Of a stretch of DNA of 64,000 nt, positions 11,335 through 21,079 are shown in pieces; position 1 is the first letter of the stretch, and the number at the start of each line of letters is the position of its first letter. Under the pieces are notes generated by a model. That model ran no database searches. It was given only the letters and a program-made list of their open reading frames with translations, and was not told the origin of the DNA. This DNA comes from an uncultured delta proteobacterium (GTDB lineage Bacteria; Desulfobacterota; RBG-13-43-22). A program made the translations under genes and the position numbers. The DNA lies in the NCBI GenBank assembly GCA_963790475.1, contig CAWBOS010000010.1, positions 928,001 to 992,000 of the forward strand, in the 5' to 3' direction.

Positions 11335-12044
11335 TGGGTCCAGGTCCTGATCAAGCCAACCTCGGCCGGTTCGTAGGACAGCTCAAAGAATATTTTGAAT
11401 TCCAAAAAAGCCGGGGGAAGCAATTTTTTCCTAAGTCTGAAAAAAATCCAGATGCCCCCATTCTCAGGGTGGACACACATGGACAGTACCAGTCTTTCGC
11501 GGCCTTATCCCGGGCCATCGTTGAATGTCAAAATTGCCTTCTGGCCCGAAATCGAAGGCAAGCCGTCCCTGGACAGGGCCCCCAAAATTCACGTTTGATG
11601 TTTATTGGGGAAGGTCCGGGTTTTGAAGAAGACCAAAAAGGCCGTCCTTTTGTCGGCCCGGCAGGCCAACTGTTGACGAAGATGATCCAGGCGATTAACT
11701 TGTCCCGGGAGGAAGTCTACATTACTAATGTCGTTAAATGCCGACCCCCGGAGAACCGTGTCCCTTTTGATAGTGAGATTGAGGTTTGCCGATCATTCCT
11801 GGAAGAAGAGATTCGTCTGGTTGATCCCCGAATCCTTGTGCCCCTGGGTAGTTGTGCGGCCCAAACCTTAACCCGATCAAAAAAGAAGATATCCGACTTG
11901 CGCGGCCACACATTGGATTTCAAGGGCAGGCGGCTCATAGCCACCTATCACCCGGCGTATCTCCTCAGAAACCCTGGGGCCAAAAGAGAGGCCTGGGAAG
12001 ACCTGAAAAGGGTAAGGCGGGAGTATGATGGATTGGAAAAATAA
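11334..12044 (+). CDS. Family-4 uracil-DNA glycosylase
   Basis: CQNCLL, GEGPG..ED..GRPFVG, KCRPPENR, TYHPAY. Confidence 0.93.
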   Translation: MGPGPDQANLGRFVGQLKEYFEFQKSRGKQFFPKSEKNPDAPILRVDTHGQYQSFAALSRAIVECQNCLLARNRRQAVPGQGPQNSRLMFIGEGPGFEEDQKGRPFVGPAGQLLTKMIQAINLSREEVYITNVVKCRPPENRVPFDSEIEVCRSFLEEEIRLVDPRILVPLGSCAAQTLTRSKKKISDLRGHTLDFKGRRLIATYHPAYLLRNPGAKREAWEDLKRVRREYDGLEK

Positions 12045-13470
12045 ATTGCGGAATGCGGATTGCGGATTGCTGAGTAACCGGTACTGGATATCAGATACCG
12101 GATTCCGACCCCGGTCTGTTATCGGGCATCAGACATCGGGTACCGATCATCTTTTTTCGTCATTCATTCCCCATCCCTCGTCCGTCATTAGCGTCCTTCT
12201 TTTCATCGGGATTTTATTGTCATTCGTTTGTTCTGCTCAATCCGCTGAAAAACCACCCATCTATGTCATTACCATTGCCAGCTCCATAAACCCTCCCGTG
12301 GCCGATTTTATCAATAGGGCCATTGCCAAGGCGGAAAAAGACAAAGCAGCCGCTTTGGTCATCCAATTGGATACCCCCGGAGGACTGGATACTTCGATGA
12401 GGGCCATCGTCCAGGGGATATTGAACGCCCAAATTCCGGTTTTGGTCTTTGTCGCCCCCAGCGGGGCCCGCGCGGCCTCGGCCGGGGTCGTGATCGTCCT
12501 GGCGGCTGACTTGGCGGCCATGTCCCCAGGAACCAATATCGGGGCCGCCCATCCGGTCAATGTGGGCGGGAAAGATATCGATAAAACCATGGCCCAAAAG
12601 GTGGAAAAGGACATGGTGGCCTATGTCCGCAGTATCGCCGATCAACGGCAGCGAAATGCCGACTGGGCTGAAGCGGCGGTTTTAAAAAGTGAATCCATCA
12701 CGGCTGAAAAGGCCTTGGAATTAAAAGTGATTGATCTGATCGCCAAGGACCTAACGGATTTGCTGGAAAAGGCCGATGGCCGGCAGATTACCACCTCCAA
12801 GCAGCCCAAAACCATAAAGACCAAAGGATTACCGGTTATTCACCTCAAAGAAAATTTTCGAGACCGTATTCTTCGGACCATCAGTGACCCCAATATCGCT
12901 TATGTCCTGATGATGCTGGGGATGATGGGTATCTTTTTTGAATTAATTCACCCCGGGGGTATTTTCCCTGGAGTCATCGGCGGAATTTCTCTGATCTTGG
13001 CCTTCTTTGCCCTGTCAACTTTGCCGGTCAATTACGCCGGGATCCTCTTAATCCTTTTGTCTATTATTTTTTTTATTGCCGAGGTTAAGGTGATCAGCCA
13101 TGGTTTGTTGACCATTGCCGGAATCTTTTCTTTGACCCTCGGCTCTCTGATGTTATTTAAAACAACGGAGGGACAAATGGGGCTTTCTCTTCAGATTCTG
13201 ATTACCACAGTTCTGGTTATCTCTGCATTTTTTATCCTGGTCATTTCCCTGGCCGTCAAGGCCTACCGGCGGAAGCCCCAGACCGGGGACCAGGGAATTT
13301 TGAAGGAGGTCGGGCGGGTGCATCAAAAGATTGCTCCCGGTCATCCCGGCAAAGTGTTCGTTCATGGAGAAATCTGGAATGCAATCTCCGATGAAATTTG
13401 TGAACCGGGAGAAATGGTGGAGGTGGTGGGCTTGGAGCACCTGTTGTTGAAAGTGAAACGAAAGATATAG
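12025..13470 (+). CDS. nfeD: NfeD membrane-bound serine protease
   Basis: LDTPGG, AASAG, TNIGAAHPV, C-terminal GKVFVHGEIWNA; N-terminus lengthened by repeats. Confidence 0.9.
   Translation: MMDWKNKLRNADCGLLSNRYWISDTGFRPRSVIGHQTSGTDHLFSSFIPHPSSVISVLLFIGILLSFVCSAQSAEKPPIYVITIASSINPPVADFINRAIAKAEKDKAAALVIQLDTPGGLDTSMRAIVQGILNAQIPVLVFVAPSGARAASAGVVIVLAADLAAMSPGTNIGAAHPVNVGGKDIDKTMAQKVEKDMVAYVRSIADQRQRNADWAEAAVLKSESITAEKALELKVIDLIAKDLTDLLEKADGRQITTSKQPKTIKTKGLPVIHLKENFRDRILRTISDPNIAYVLMMLGMMGIFFELIHPGGIFPGVIGGISLILAFFALSTLPVNYAGILLILLSIIFFIAEVKVISHGLLTIAGIFSLTLGSLMLFKTTEGQMGLSLQILITTVLVISAFFILVISLAVKAYRRKPQTGDQGILKEVGRVHQKIAPGHPGKVFVHGEIWNAISDEICEPGEMVEVVGLEHLLLKVKRKI
12044..12190. repeat. Heptamer tandem-repeat patch inside the nfeD 5' end
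   Basis: attgcgg/aatgcgg/attgcgg; tactgga/tatcaga/taccgga; gggcatc/agacatc. Confidence 0.65.
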
Positions 13471-13587
13471 GGAATAAAATCAAAAAAGGGAGAAGAATGA
13501 GGCCTGATAAGAACTCTGGGCGACATTAGGTCTTCGGAAATCCACAATTAATATCCAAAATCCACAACCAAAAGAGAGGAGTCTATC

Positions 13588-14352
13588 ATGTACACCCTGG
13601 CTGCCATTGTCGTTTTATTGATCTTTTTTTTAAGCAGCGCTGTACGCATTTTAAACGAATATGAAAGAGGTGTTATTTTCCGCTTAGGTAGAATACTGGG
13701 GGCCAAAGGACCGGGTTTGATTCTCCTGATTCCCATTATTGACAAAATGATTAAAGTGGATCTACGAACGGTGACCATGGATGTACCTCCGCAGGATGTC
13801 ATTACCCGCGACAATGTCTCGGTTAAAGTCAATGCTGTAGTCTACTTCCGGGTCATGGATGCCGTAAAGGCCACGATTGAAGTTCAGCAATATCTTTACG
13901 CCACTTCTCAATTGGCCCAGACTACGTTGCGAAGTGTCTGCGGTCAGGCGGAGTTGGATAAGATCCTGTCGGAACGGGAAAAAGTCAATACGGAAATTCA
14001 AGAGATCCTGGATATGCATACCGATCCCTGGGGAATAAAGGTGACGGTCGTCGAAGTCAAACAGATTGACTTGCCGCAGGAAATGCAGCGGGCCATGGCT
14101 AAACAGGCCGAGGCCGAACGGGAACGTAGGGCCAAGGTCATCAATGCCGAAGGGGAGTTCCAGGCCGCCTCGCGGATGGCCGATGCCGCCGGCATCATTG
14201 AGGCCCACCCGATTGCCCTTCAACTTCGCTATCTCCAGACCTTACGAGAAGTGGCTTCGGAACATAATTCAACGACCCTTTTCCCCATCCCCATTGATCT
14301 ATTTAAGCCGTTTTTAAAAATGGCGGAATTAGCCGAACCAAAAAAAGGGTAG
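13588..14352 (+). CDS. SPFH/stomatin (slipin) protein
   Basis: [38 protein letters not shown]; partner of nfeD. Confidence 0.95.
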   Translation: MYTLAAIVVLLIFFLSSAVRILNEYERGVIFRLGRILGAKGPGLILLIPIIDKMIKVDLRTVTMDVPPQDVITRDNVSVKVNAVVYFRVMDAVKATIEVQQYLYATSQLAQTTLRSVCGQAELDKILSEREKVNTEIQEILDMHTDPWGIKVTVVEVKQIDLPQEMQRAMAKQAEAERERRAKVINAEGEFQAASRMADAAGIIEAHPIALQLRYLQTLREVASEHNSTTLFPIPIDLFKPFLKMAELAEPKKG

Positions 14353-14476
14353 GGGAGAAAGCTGGAATACTTTTTGGCTCAAAAATCAAAGTTAAAAAGC
14401 CCTTTGTTATCCCACTTTTAACTTTGTGATTTGAGCCGCAAGGATATACTATATAATTCAAAGGAGAAGATTGAAT

Positions 14477-14806
14477 ATGGCTAAAAAAGAAAGGGCTGAG
14501 AAAAAAGAAAAACCCCTGGAGAAAATGACGGCCAAGGAACTACGCGATGTGGCCATGACCATTCCTGAGATATCCGGTGTTTATGGAATGAATAAAGAGG
14601 AAGTCCTGACGGCCGTCAAAAAGGCCCGTGGAATTAAAGAAACCCCGGTTAAGAAAGGGGACCGATCCATGCGCCAGTTGAAAGAAAAGGTCAAGGAATT
14701 ACGGGGAAAGAAACTTGAATATCAAGAGAAAAACGATAAAAAAGCGGTCAATCAATTGAGACGCCGGATCGGGCGGCTGAAGAAGAAGACCCGGAAGGCA
14801 GCCTAA
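14477..14806 (+). CDS. Small basic protein with Rho-N-terminal-like domain
   Basis: LEKMTAKELR...ISGVYGMNKEE, Lys/Arg-rich; SD AAGGAG. Confidence 0.6.
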   Translation: MAKKERAEKKEKPLEKMTAKELRDVAMTIPEISGVYGMNKEEVLTAVKKARGIKETPVKKGDRSMRQLKEKVKELRGKKLEYQEKNDKKAVNQLRRRIGRLKKKTRKAA

Positions 14807-14814
14807 TACATAAA

Positions 14815-14896
14815 AAGGTCCAAGGTTTAAGGTTAAAGGTTAAAAGGAAAACCACAAAACCATAAAACCTTAAACCTTGGACCTTAAACCTTAGGA
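14815..14896. repeat. Inverted heptamer tandem repeats (aaggtNN / NNacctt)
   Basis: caaggtt taaggtt aaaggtt ... ccttaaa ccttgga ccttaaa. Confidence 0.8.
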
Positions 14897-14903
14897 CGTA
14901 TTT

Positions 14904-16178
14904 GTGAAAACCCTTTCTATCCCCTACGGCGCTATAACCCTGCCACTTCAAATCCCCGAAGAACATTGGGGAGAGCTTCTTGCGCCTTTGGAAGTCCATC
15001 CCGTTTCTTTTGAAAATGGATTACTGCGAGCAATCGAAAACCCGCTGGATTCCCCTTCTTTGACTGAATTTCTGAAGGGCTGCCGATCATTGCTGGTTCT
15101 TATTAATGACGAGACCCGGCCAACCCCGACCGGCCGGGTTTTGGAATTTCTCTGGTCTGAAATTTCCGCCTGCCCAATGAAGATCATGGTGGCCACCGGG
15201 ACTCACAAAAGAAGCAGCGAAGAAGGTTGCCGAGGTATCTTTGGTCCCTTATGGGAGGAAGTCAACAAAAGGCTCCTGTTTCATGACTGCCGGCAGGAAG
15301 GAGGGATGATCTTTCTTGGAGAAACCTCCAGAGGGACAAGAGTCCTGGTCAATCAAGAGATTATGTTGGCCGATCGATTGCTGGTCATCGGTTCCGTGGA
15401 GCCCCATTACTTCGCCGGCTATACCGGCGGGCGAAAAGGTGTTATCCCCGGCGTGGCTGCCTATTCGACCATAGTGGCCAATCATTCTCTGGCTATGGAT
15501 CTAAACGCCCGGCCCCTCCGTCTGGCAGGCAACCCGGTCCATGAAGACCTGGAAGAGGCCTTGCGTTTATTGACCATCCCTCCCATCTTCTCCTTGATGC
15601 TGGTTTTGACCCCGGAGCACCAACTCTATGCCGCTTACAGTGGATCGATACCGGAAACCTTGGTTCAGGCCGCTCAACAGGCCGATGAGGTCTTTACCCT
15701 CCCTTTTCAACAAAAAGCGGATATCTTAATCAGCGTGGTATTACCCCCTTTGGATCTCGATCTTTATCAATCTCAAAAGCCGATTGAACATGGTAAAATA
15801 GCCTTAAAGGATGATGGAATCCTGATTCTGGTCATGCCCTGTCCTCAAGGGCCTGGGCCCGCTGATTTTCAATATCTGATGTTGCAGACCGGGAACCCGG
15901 AGAAAGCCAGGGCTTTGCTTGAACAACCTTACCGCTTGGGCGACCATCGCATAACCCGGAACTTGAGATTCCTGGAGCAGGGAGGGCAGGTCTGGGGTAT
16001 AACCGATCTAAATCCCCTTTTCTTATCTCAGACTTTTATCCGGCCCAGACCTTCGCTTCAAAAAGCGGTGGATATGGCCCTGGCCCAGAAAGGAAAGAAG
16101 GCCAAGGTGAGCGTCCTGCTTAACGCCGGCCTTTGTGTGCCGAAACAACAAATGGCCGGTTCTTTTCCGACCGGTTGA
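14904..16178 (+). CDS. larA: Nickel-dependent lactate racemase family protein
   Basis: NDETRPTP, ATGTH, EPHYFAGYTGGRK, NPVHED, DLYQSQK. Confidence 0.88.
   Translation: MKTLSIPYGAITLPLQIPEEHWGELLAPLEVHPVSFENGLLRAIENPLDSPSLTEFLKGCRSLLVLINDETRPTPTGRVLEFLWSEISACPMKIMVATGTHKRSSEEGCRGIFGPLWEEVNKRLLFHDCRQEGGMIFLGETSRGTRVLVNQEIMLADRLLVIGSVEPHYFAGYTGGRKGVIPGVAAYSTIVANHSLAMDLNARPLRLAGNPVHEDLEEALRLLTIPPIFSLMLVLTPEHQLYAAYSGSIPETLVQAAQQADEVFTLPFQQKADILISVVLPPLDLDLYQSQKPIEHGKIALKDDGILILVMPCPQGPGPADFQYLMLQTGNPEKARALLEQPYRLGDHRITRNLRFLEQGGQVWGITDLNPLFLSQTFIRPRPSLQKAVDMALAQKGKKAKVSVLLNAGLCVPKQQMAGSFPTG
16114..16151 (+). repeat. Left copy of 38-bp direct repeat (larA 3' end), island boundary
   Basis: tcctgcttaacgccggcctttgtgtgccgaaacaacaa is identical to 32793-32830. 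Confidence 0.9.
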
Positions 16179-16254
16179 GTGATCGAATAAAGGCACTTAA
16201 TCCCTCATGGGCCAGGCGGCTGCCCTTCTTTTCCTCTCCCTTATTTCGATCATT

Positions 16255-16760
16255 TTAGTCGTACCCTATCGACCAGTTCTGCCAAATCGAGAACTTTGAG
16301 CTGATCCTCCCGACCTTCGACTTAATCGCGTTGTCCAACATCCTGGCGCATTGGGGACAGGCCACCGCTATGATCTCAGTTGCGGTCTCCAGGGCCTCCC
16401 GGACGCGGACGCGGGCCGGACGGTCTTCCCCCGGCCCGATGATGTCGGTAAGAGAGCTTTGAAAAACGTCCCCCTTTGCCCAATTTCTGCGTCAGACTCA
16501 AATTTTAATCCTCGAAATACTAAATGTATTCCTGTGGTTAAAATTTTCGTCTTCCTTGACCTTGAACAAAATTAAACGTTTTTCAAAGGTCTCGGTAAAG
16601 AAGTTACCCCCGCCTCCTCCGCATCAAAAGGCATTTCCCTTATTCCGGCGCATTTCTATGAATTCGAGGCCGGGGATACTTTTTAATATTTCGCGTAGGG
16701 GCCCATAAATTTGATTGTGCCGACCCAGACAACACGGATCATGATAAGTCACCTTGGCTC
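16255..16760 (-). pseudogene. C-terminal fragment of a CCG-domain (Fe-S)-binding protein, interrupted by a MITE
   Basis: KVTYHDPCCLGRHN...NAF*CGGGGGNFFT|MITE|DIIG...RVREALET..IIAVACPQC; no 5' part present. Confidence 0.85.
16452..16593. mobile_element. 142-bp MITE with 18-bp TIRs and a 5-bp target duplication
   Basis: GAGA(G/C)CTTTGAAAAACGT TIRs; GGTAA at 16447-16451 and 16594-16598; removal restores FFT-DII. Confidence 0.9.
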
Positions 16761-16807
16761 GCTTGGCCCCCCGGCTTTCACCGGGGGGACGACTTTTTAC
16801 TGGACCT

Positions 16808-17572
16808 TCATTCTTTCTTTCTTGGATAATAGTTGGCCAGCATAGGATTGGGATCAACATAAGCCCCAATACTTGAGATGGGATACTTGAAGCCGATTTT
16901 CCCTAAAATGGCCAAGCCCTCGATGGCCCGATCCATATCCGAGGGCGGCAAGGCGATAACGATCTCCTCATCTTTTACCTGCCCCATGGAGCGTTCCCCG
17001 TAACAAGGAATAGCCAGGGAAGGTTTCCCGGTATTATAACATTGACCCAGCGAATCGACACAGGCTCCTTCTCCAATAAAATGAAACTCGAATCGCTCAT
17101 AATGAACCTTTTGCAGTCCGCACATCAGCATCATGAGCTGTGCCGGATTACCGTAAATCAGGATAACCTCCGGATCAAGGTTACCCTTGGCCAGAGGACC
17201 TATGACGATCGCCTCCCCGGGCGGAATCCTGGGGTAATCGTCCTGTTGCCTCCGACCTTCCTCAACCGATGGCATCCAGGTCCGGGAAAGCATTTTGGCT
17301 TCCTGCATCATAGCTTTCTCATCGGTAGCCAGCAGCCCGTGAATGCGTTTACAGCGTTCCCCGATGTTGTCTTCACTGGTCAATCCGATGGTTAAACCTC
17401 CGACTCTGGCCATAAAGGGGATCTGACAAAACATGGCGGGTCGGGTCCAGTGCATGACTCCCGGAACACTCTCCAATTCAGCGGACTTTTCAAAACGTCT
17501 ATAGCCGAGCGGTTCGCTTGAAAGACAGAGTTTTTCCTTTAATATTTTGCTTTTTTCAGCCCAGTTTTCCAT
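16808..17572 (-). CDS. DUF169 family protein
   Basis: L.LSSEPLG, FCQ, PEVILIYGNPAQLMML, GEGACVD, PCYGER. Confidence 0.85.
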   Translation of the reverse strand: MENWAEKSKILKEKLCLSSEPLGYRRFEKSAELESVPGVMHWTRPAMFCQIPFMARVGGLTIGLTSEDNIGERCKRIHGLLATDEKAMMQEAKMLSRTWMPSVEEGRRQQDDYPRIPPGEAIVIGPLAKGNLDPEVILIYGNPAQLMMLMCGLQKVHYERFEFHFIGEGACVDSLGQCYNTGKPSLAIPCYGERSMGQVKDEEIVIALPPSDMDRAIEGLAILGKIGFKYPISSIGAYVDPNPMLANYYPRKKE

Positions 17573-17711
17573 AGCTCTTCTCCTTTGTTCCTCATTTTAA
17601 GTAACGTTATTCTTAATTTTCCATAGCTTAGAAATGATGGAATTTTTACCAAGCCGTTAAAAATAGTTCTGTCTGTCATTGGTATAATAATCTAAAATCC
17701 TCAGGATCAAC

Positions 17712-18242
17712 CTAGTCGACGGCCTGAGGAACAAGGCAGAACGTTGTAATCTGGTCGAAGCCGCTGTGACCACCGCCCTCTGTTCCCGAGACGACAACGG
17801 CATCGGCCCCAGCCTGCTCGGCTTTCCTGGCGTGTTTTACAGTGGAGCATACGTGAATCACCTTGATACCGGCTCTTTTTAGGATAGGGGTGTAAACTGC
17901 CGGGTTACCTTGAGAAACGATAGCCACCGGTATCCGCTCACTGAGTCCGACTTTCAGGCATTGATCACTGAAGTCCCGGTCCAGTCCGGGGACACCGACT
18001 ACGAAATTAACCACAAAAAGTTTATCCGTTAATTTTCGAAATTTTTTAATCTGTTCCCTGAGTCGTTCTCCTGTTTCAAGGACATCGGTAGTTACTGTTT
18101 GAAACCCGGCATTCGGCCCAATGGTGCCGAGCGCTCCGGCTTCGGAGACGGCAGCTGCGAGATCGGCATCCGTGATCCAAGCCATAGGCGCCAGCACAAT
18201 GGGGTAGGTGATCCCTAACATTTCAGTGATTCTGGTTTTCAT
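17712..18242 (-). pseudogene. Nitronate monooxygenase/FabK-like protein, 3' truncated
   Basis: ITEMLGITYPIVLAPM, AVSEAGALG, GTEGGGH; stops at LVPQAVD before the expected IAAGG motif (176 aa). Confidence 0.8.
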
Positions 18243-18457
18243 TTATCTGATCCTTTTTAGAGAGCAAAAGGATTTATTGACCGAGGTGATGCCTCAAAAG
18301 CCCTTAAATACCGGTTCCCTTTTCTCCTGGAAAGCTTTCGCTCCTTCTTTGAAATCTTCACTTTCAAATTGAGGTCGGACAAATTGCTTAAATTCTCTCT
18401 CGGCCTGTGCTACCGGAGTGTCCATTATTTTGTACATCCCGTATTTAATGATCCTTA

Positions 18458-20442
18458 GCCCATCTTCCGCAGTTTGGAGAAAAAATCAAGAAAAACGTGA
18501 TGAATTTTTAGGAATTGTTAAATGATTTCAAATCCTGATCTTTGAAAATTGGATGTAGTGAAGACCACCCCCTTGCCAGGTGCTGTGGGAACGGAGATAA
18601 TGGGGTTATGTATCTCCGGCGTGCAACCAAAAAGAAAGGTGGAGCGGAGTACGAGAGCTGGCTTTTAGTTGAGTCGGTCCGTACTGCCCGAGGGCCCCGT
18701 CAGCGAGTAGTGGCGACGATAGGGAAACTTCCTGGCCTTGATCGGGAAGAGCGGATAGGTTGGGAGGAGATCGGACGGATTCTTTCCGGAAAGCCTCTAC
18801 CTGGACCTGAACTGTTTGAGCAGGGGGAAGACCCCCCATCTTGGGCCACGGTCAATATCCATGGCGTAAGCGTCGAGCGACTCAGAGGCTTCGGCGATGT
18901 CTATTTGGGGTTGCTTTTGTGGAACAAACTGGGGCTTGCCAGGTTCTGCCGAGATCATATTCCTTCCAACCGGGAAGAGATTCCTTGGTCGATCATGGCG
19001 TCTATTTTAGTTCTTGGACGCTTTTGCGCCCCATCGTCGGAATTACAGATGGCCGAGTTTTGGTATGGCCAGACGGCCTTAGACGATCTGCTGGGAGTGG
19101 CCGACTATAAGATCAATGAGGATCGGCTTTATCGTGCCCTGGATGCCTTGCTTCCCCACAAGGATGCCTTAAGCCGTCACCTTCAGGAGCGTTATGGGGA
19201 ACTGTTCGGCAGTAGCTTTGATTTTTTGTTTTATGACATAACCTCCACCTATTTTGAGGGGACCGCCAAGGGCAATGCCCAGGCCAAGAGGGGTTACAGC
19301 CGGGACAGTCGTCCAGATTGTCCCCAGGTCTGCATCGGCCTGGTGGCCACCCGAGAGGGCTTTCCCATAGCCTTTGAGGTTTTTGACGGCAATCGACCGG
19401 ATGTTACGACGACCCAAGAGATGGTTCAGATGATGGAGGCCAAATACGGCCAAGCCAACCGGATCTGGGTTATGGATCGCGGCATGGTGAGTGAGGAGAA
19501 TCTGGAGTTTATGCGCAAAGTCGGTGCCCGCTATTTGGTCGGCACCCCAAAAGTGATGCTGAAGAAGTTTGAGCAGCAGCTTTTCGAACAGAACTGGGAA
19601 GCGGTCCAACCTGATGTTGAGGTCAAGCTCTGTTGCTCGCCGGAAGGAACGGATGAAATCTTTGTCCTGTGCCGGTCTCAAGGCCGGAAGGAGAAAGAAA
19701 ACGCCATTCTAAACCACTTTTTGACCCGACTGGAAAGCCAACTGGATCACCTGGCCCGCCAGGCCGAAACCGGCAAGCTCCGAGACAAGCAGAAAGTCGA
19801 GCGGAGAATAGGGCGACTGCTGGAACAAAATAAACGTGCGGCCTCGTTGTTCAATATTACAGTCATAGAGACCGGTACCGGAAAAGACGCACCGCTTTCC
19901 CTAGAAGTCAAGAAGAACGAACAACGGCAACAGTGGGCCTTGGAGACCGGCGGTAGCTACATCCTGCGCACCAACTGGACCGAAAGTGACCCGAAAGTCC
20001 TATGGAATACCTACATCCAACTGACGGAAGTGGAAGATTCATTCCGTACCGAGAAACATGATCTGGGAATGCGACCGATCTTCCATCAAAAACAGGAACG
20101 GACCCAGGCTCATATCCTGGTCTGCTTCTTGGCGCTGACTATGTGGCGAACGCTCCAGCAATGGATGAAAGCCTCGGGACTCGGTACCGCCCCAAGAAAG
20201 CTGTTGGAGGAGTTGCGGGAATTGAAATCTTTGGATGTGCTACTACCGGCGCGGGAGAGAACCCTCCGGCTCAGAATGGTGGCTACTCCCTCAAAGGAAC
20301 TCAAAGTGCTGCTTCAGAGATTGAAAATTCTGCTCCCCAACAAACCAAAAATTATTGAAAATGTAGTGAAGAAAATGCCCTAATTCTTGTCGTAACTATT
20401 TGATATCGCGTCTTCCATGCTTTCTAACTGCGGAAGATGGGC
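18458..20442 (+). mobile_element. IS1634-family insertion sequence
   Basis: Perfect TIR GCCCATCTTCCGCAGTT / AACTGCGGAAGATGGGC, flanked by TA (alternatively read as TAG). Confidence 0.92.
18608..20383 (+). CDS. IS1634-family DDE transposase
   Basis: MYLRR...LVESVRTARGPRQRVV, YDITSTYFEG, GYSRD.RPD, VMDRGM, EVEDSFR..K.DL..RPIFHQ. Confidence 0.93.
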   Translation: MYLRRATKKKGGAEYESWLLVESVRTARGPRQRVVATIGKLPGLDREERIGWEEIGRILSGKPLPGPELFEQGEDPPSWATVNIHGVSVERLRGFGDVYLGLLLWNKLGLARFCRDHIPSNREEIPWSIMASILVLGRFCAPSSELQMAEFWYGQTALDDLLGVADYKINEDRLYRALDALLPHKDALSRHLQERYGELFGSSFDFLFYDITSTYFEGTAKGNAQAKRGYSRDSRPDCPQVCIGLVATREGFPIAFEVFDGNRPDVTTTQEMVQMMEAKYGQANRIWVMDRGMVSEENLEFMRKVGARYLVGTPKVMLKKFEQQLFEQNWEAVQPDVEVKLCCSPEGTDEIFVLCRSQGRKEKENAILNHFLTRLESQLDHLARQAETGKLRDKQKVERRIGRLLEQNKRAASLFNITVIETGTGKDAPLSLEVKKNEQRQQWALETGGSYILRTNWTESDPKVLWNTYIQLTEVEDSFRTEKHDLGMRPIFHQKQERTQAHILVCFLALTMWRTLQQWMKASGLGTAPRKLLEELRELKSLDVLLPARERTLRLRMVATPSKELKVLLQRLKILLPNKPKIIENVVKKMP

Positions 20443-21079
20443 TAGACTTAAGGGGGCAAGTTTTAACAGTCGTTCGGCCCATTCTTTGGCTGTATCCATA
20501 AGCTTTTCATTGGCCACCACTTTGTTGACCAGACCGACTTCATAGGCCTTTTGAGCGTTAAACCAGGTCCCCAACAAGTAGAATTCCATACTTTGCTTAA
20601 AGGTCATATAAGGACGGTATTCAATAATTCCGCCTACCCTGCCTGCTCTTCCCTCAGGGAAGCCGAATTGCGCATCTTCGGCTGCGACCGTAAGGTCGCA
20701 CCCCCGAATGGCCAGACCGGAACCGGCTCCCATGGCCAATCCATGTACAGCGCCAATGATTGGTTTTAACACCTGGGTTCCGTTTGCCGGATAGCACTTA
20801 CGAACCGTCCCTGGCTCCAAGGCTCCCGGAGTTATATCCGCACCACCACAAAAAGCCTTTCCGGCACCACTAAGGATAGCCACGCGGGCCTCAGGGTCTT
20901 GCTCAAAACGATCCCAGGATTGACTCAGCGCAGCCACCATTTCATTGTTGATAGCATTCAATTTTTCGGGACGATTCAGGGTAATATAGGAAATCTGATT
21001 TCTTACTTCATAAAGAATCACATCGGCCATACCCTTCTCCTTCTTCTTCCGACCTTATTCCAAAATCGAGGTAAACCTC

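Larger units (their letters stand above)
18294..21030 (-). pseudogene. Enoyl-CoA hydratase/isomerase disrupted by IS1634
   Basis: 5' part has LNRPEKLNA, FCGGAD and FGFPE...LAPLSL. 3' part reads RIIKYG...DFKEGAKAFQEKREPVFKGF*. Rejoins to 249 aa. Confidence 0.9.

Noticed and set aside
16351-16575. 74-aa plus-strand ORF
   Set aside because: Composed of antisense pseudogene and MITE sequence
16624-16626. TGA at the first Cys of CCGGGGG in the Fe-S fragment (possible third Sec)
   Set aside because: Gene lacks its 5' part, is split by a MITE and has no convincing SECIS; more likely a nonsense mutation, though not excluded
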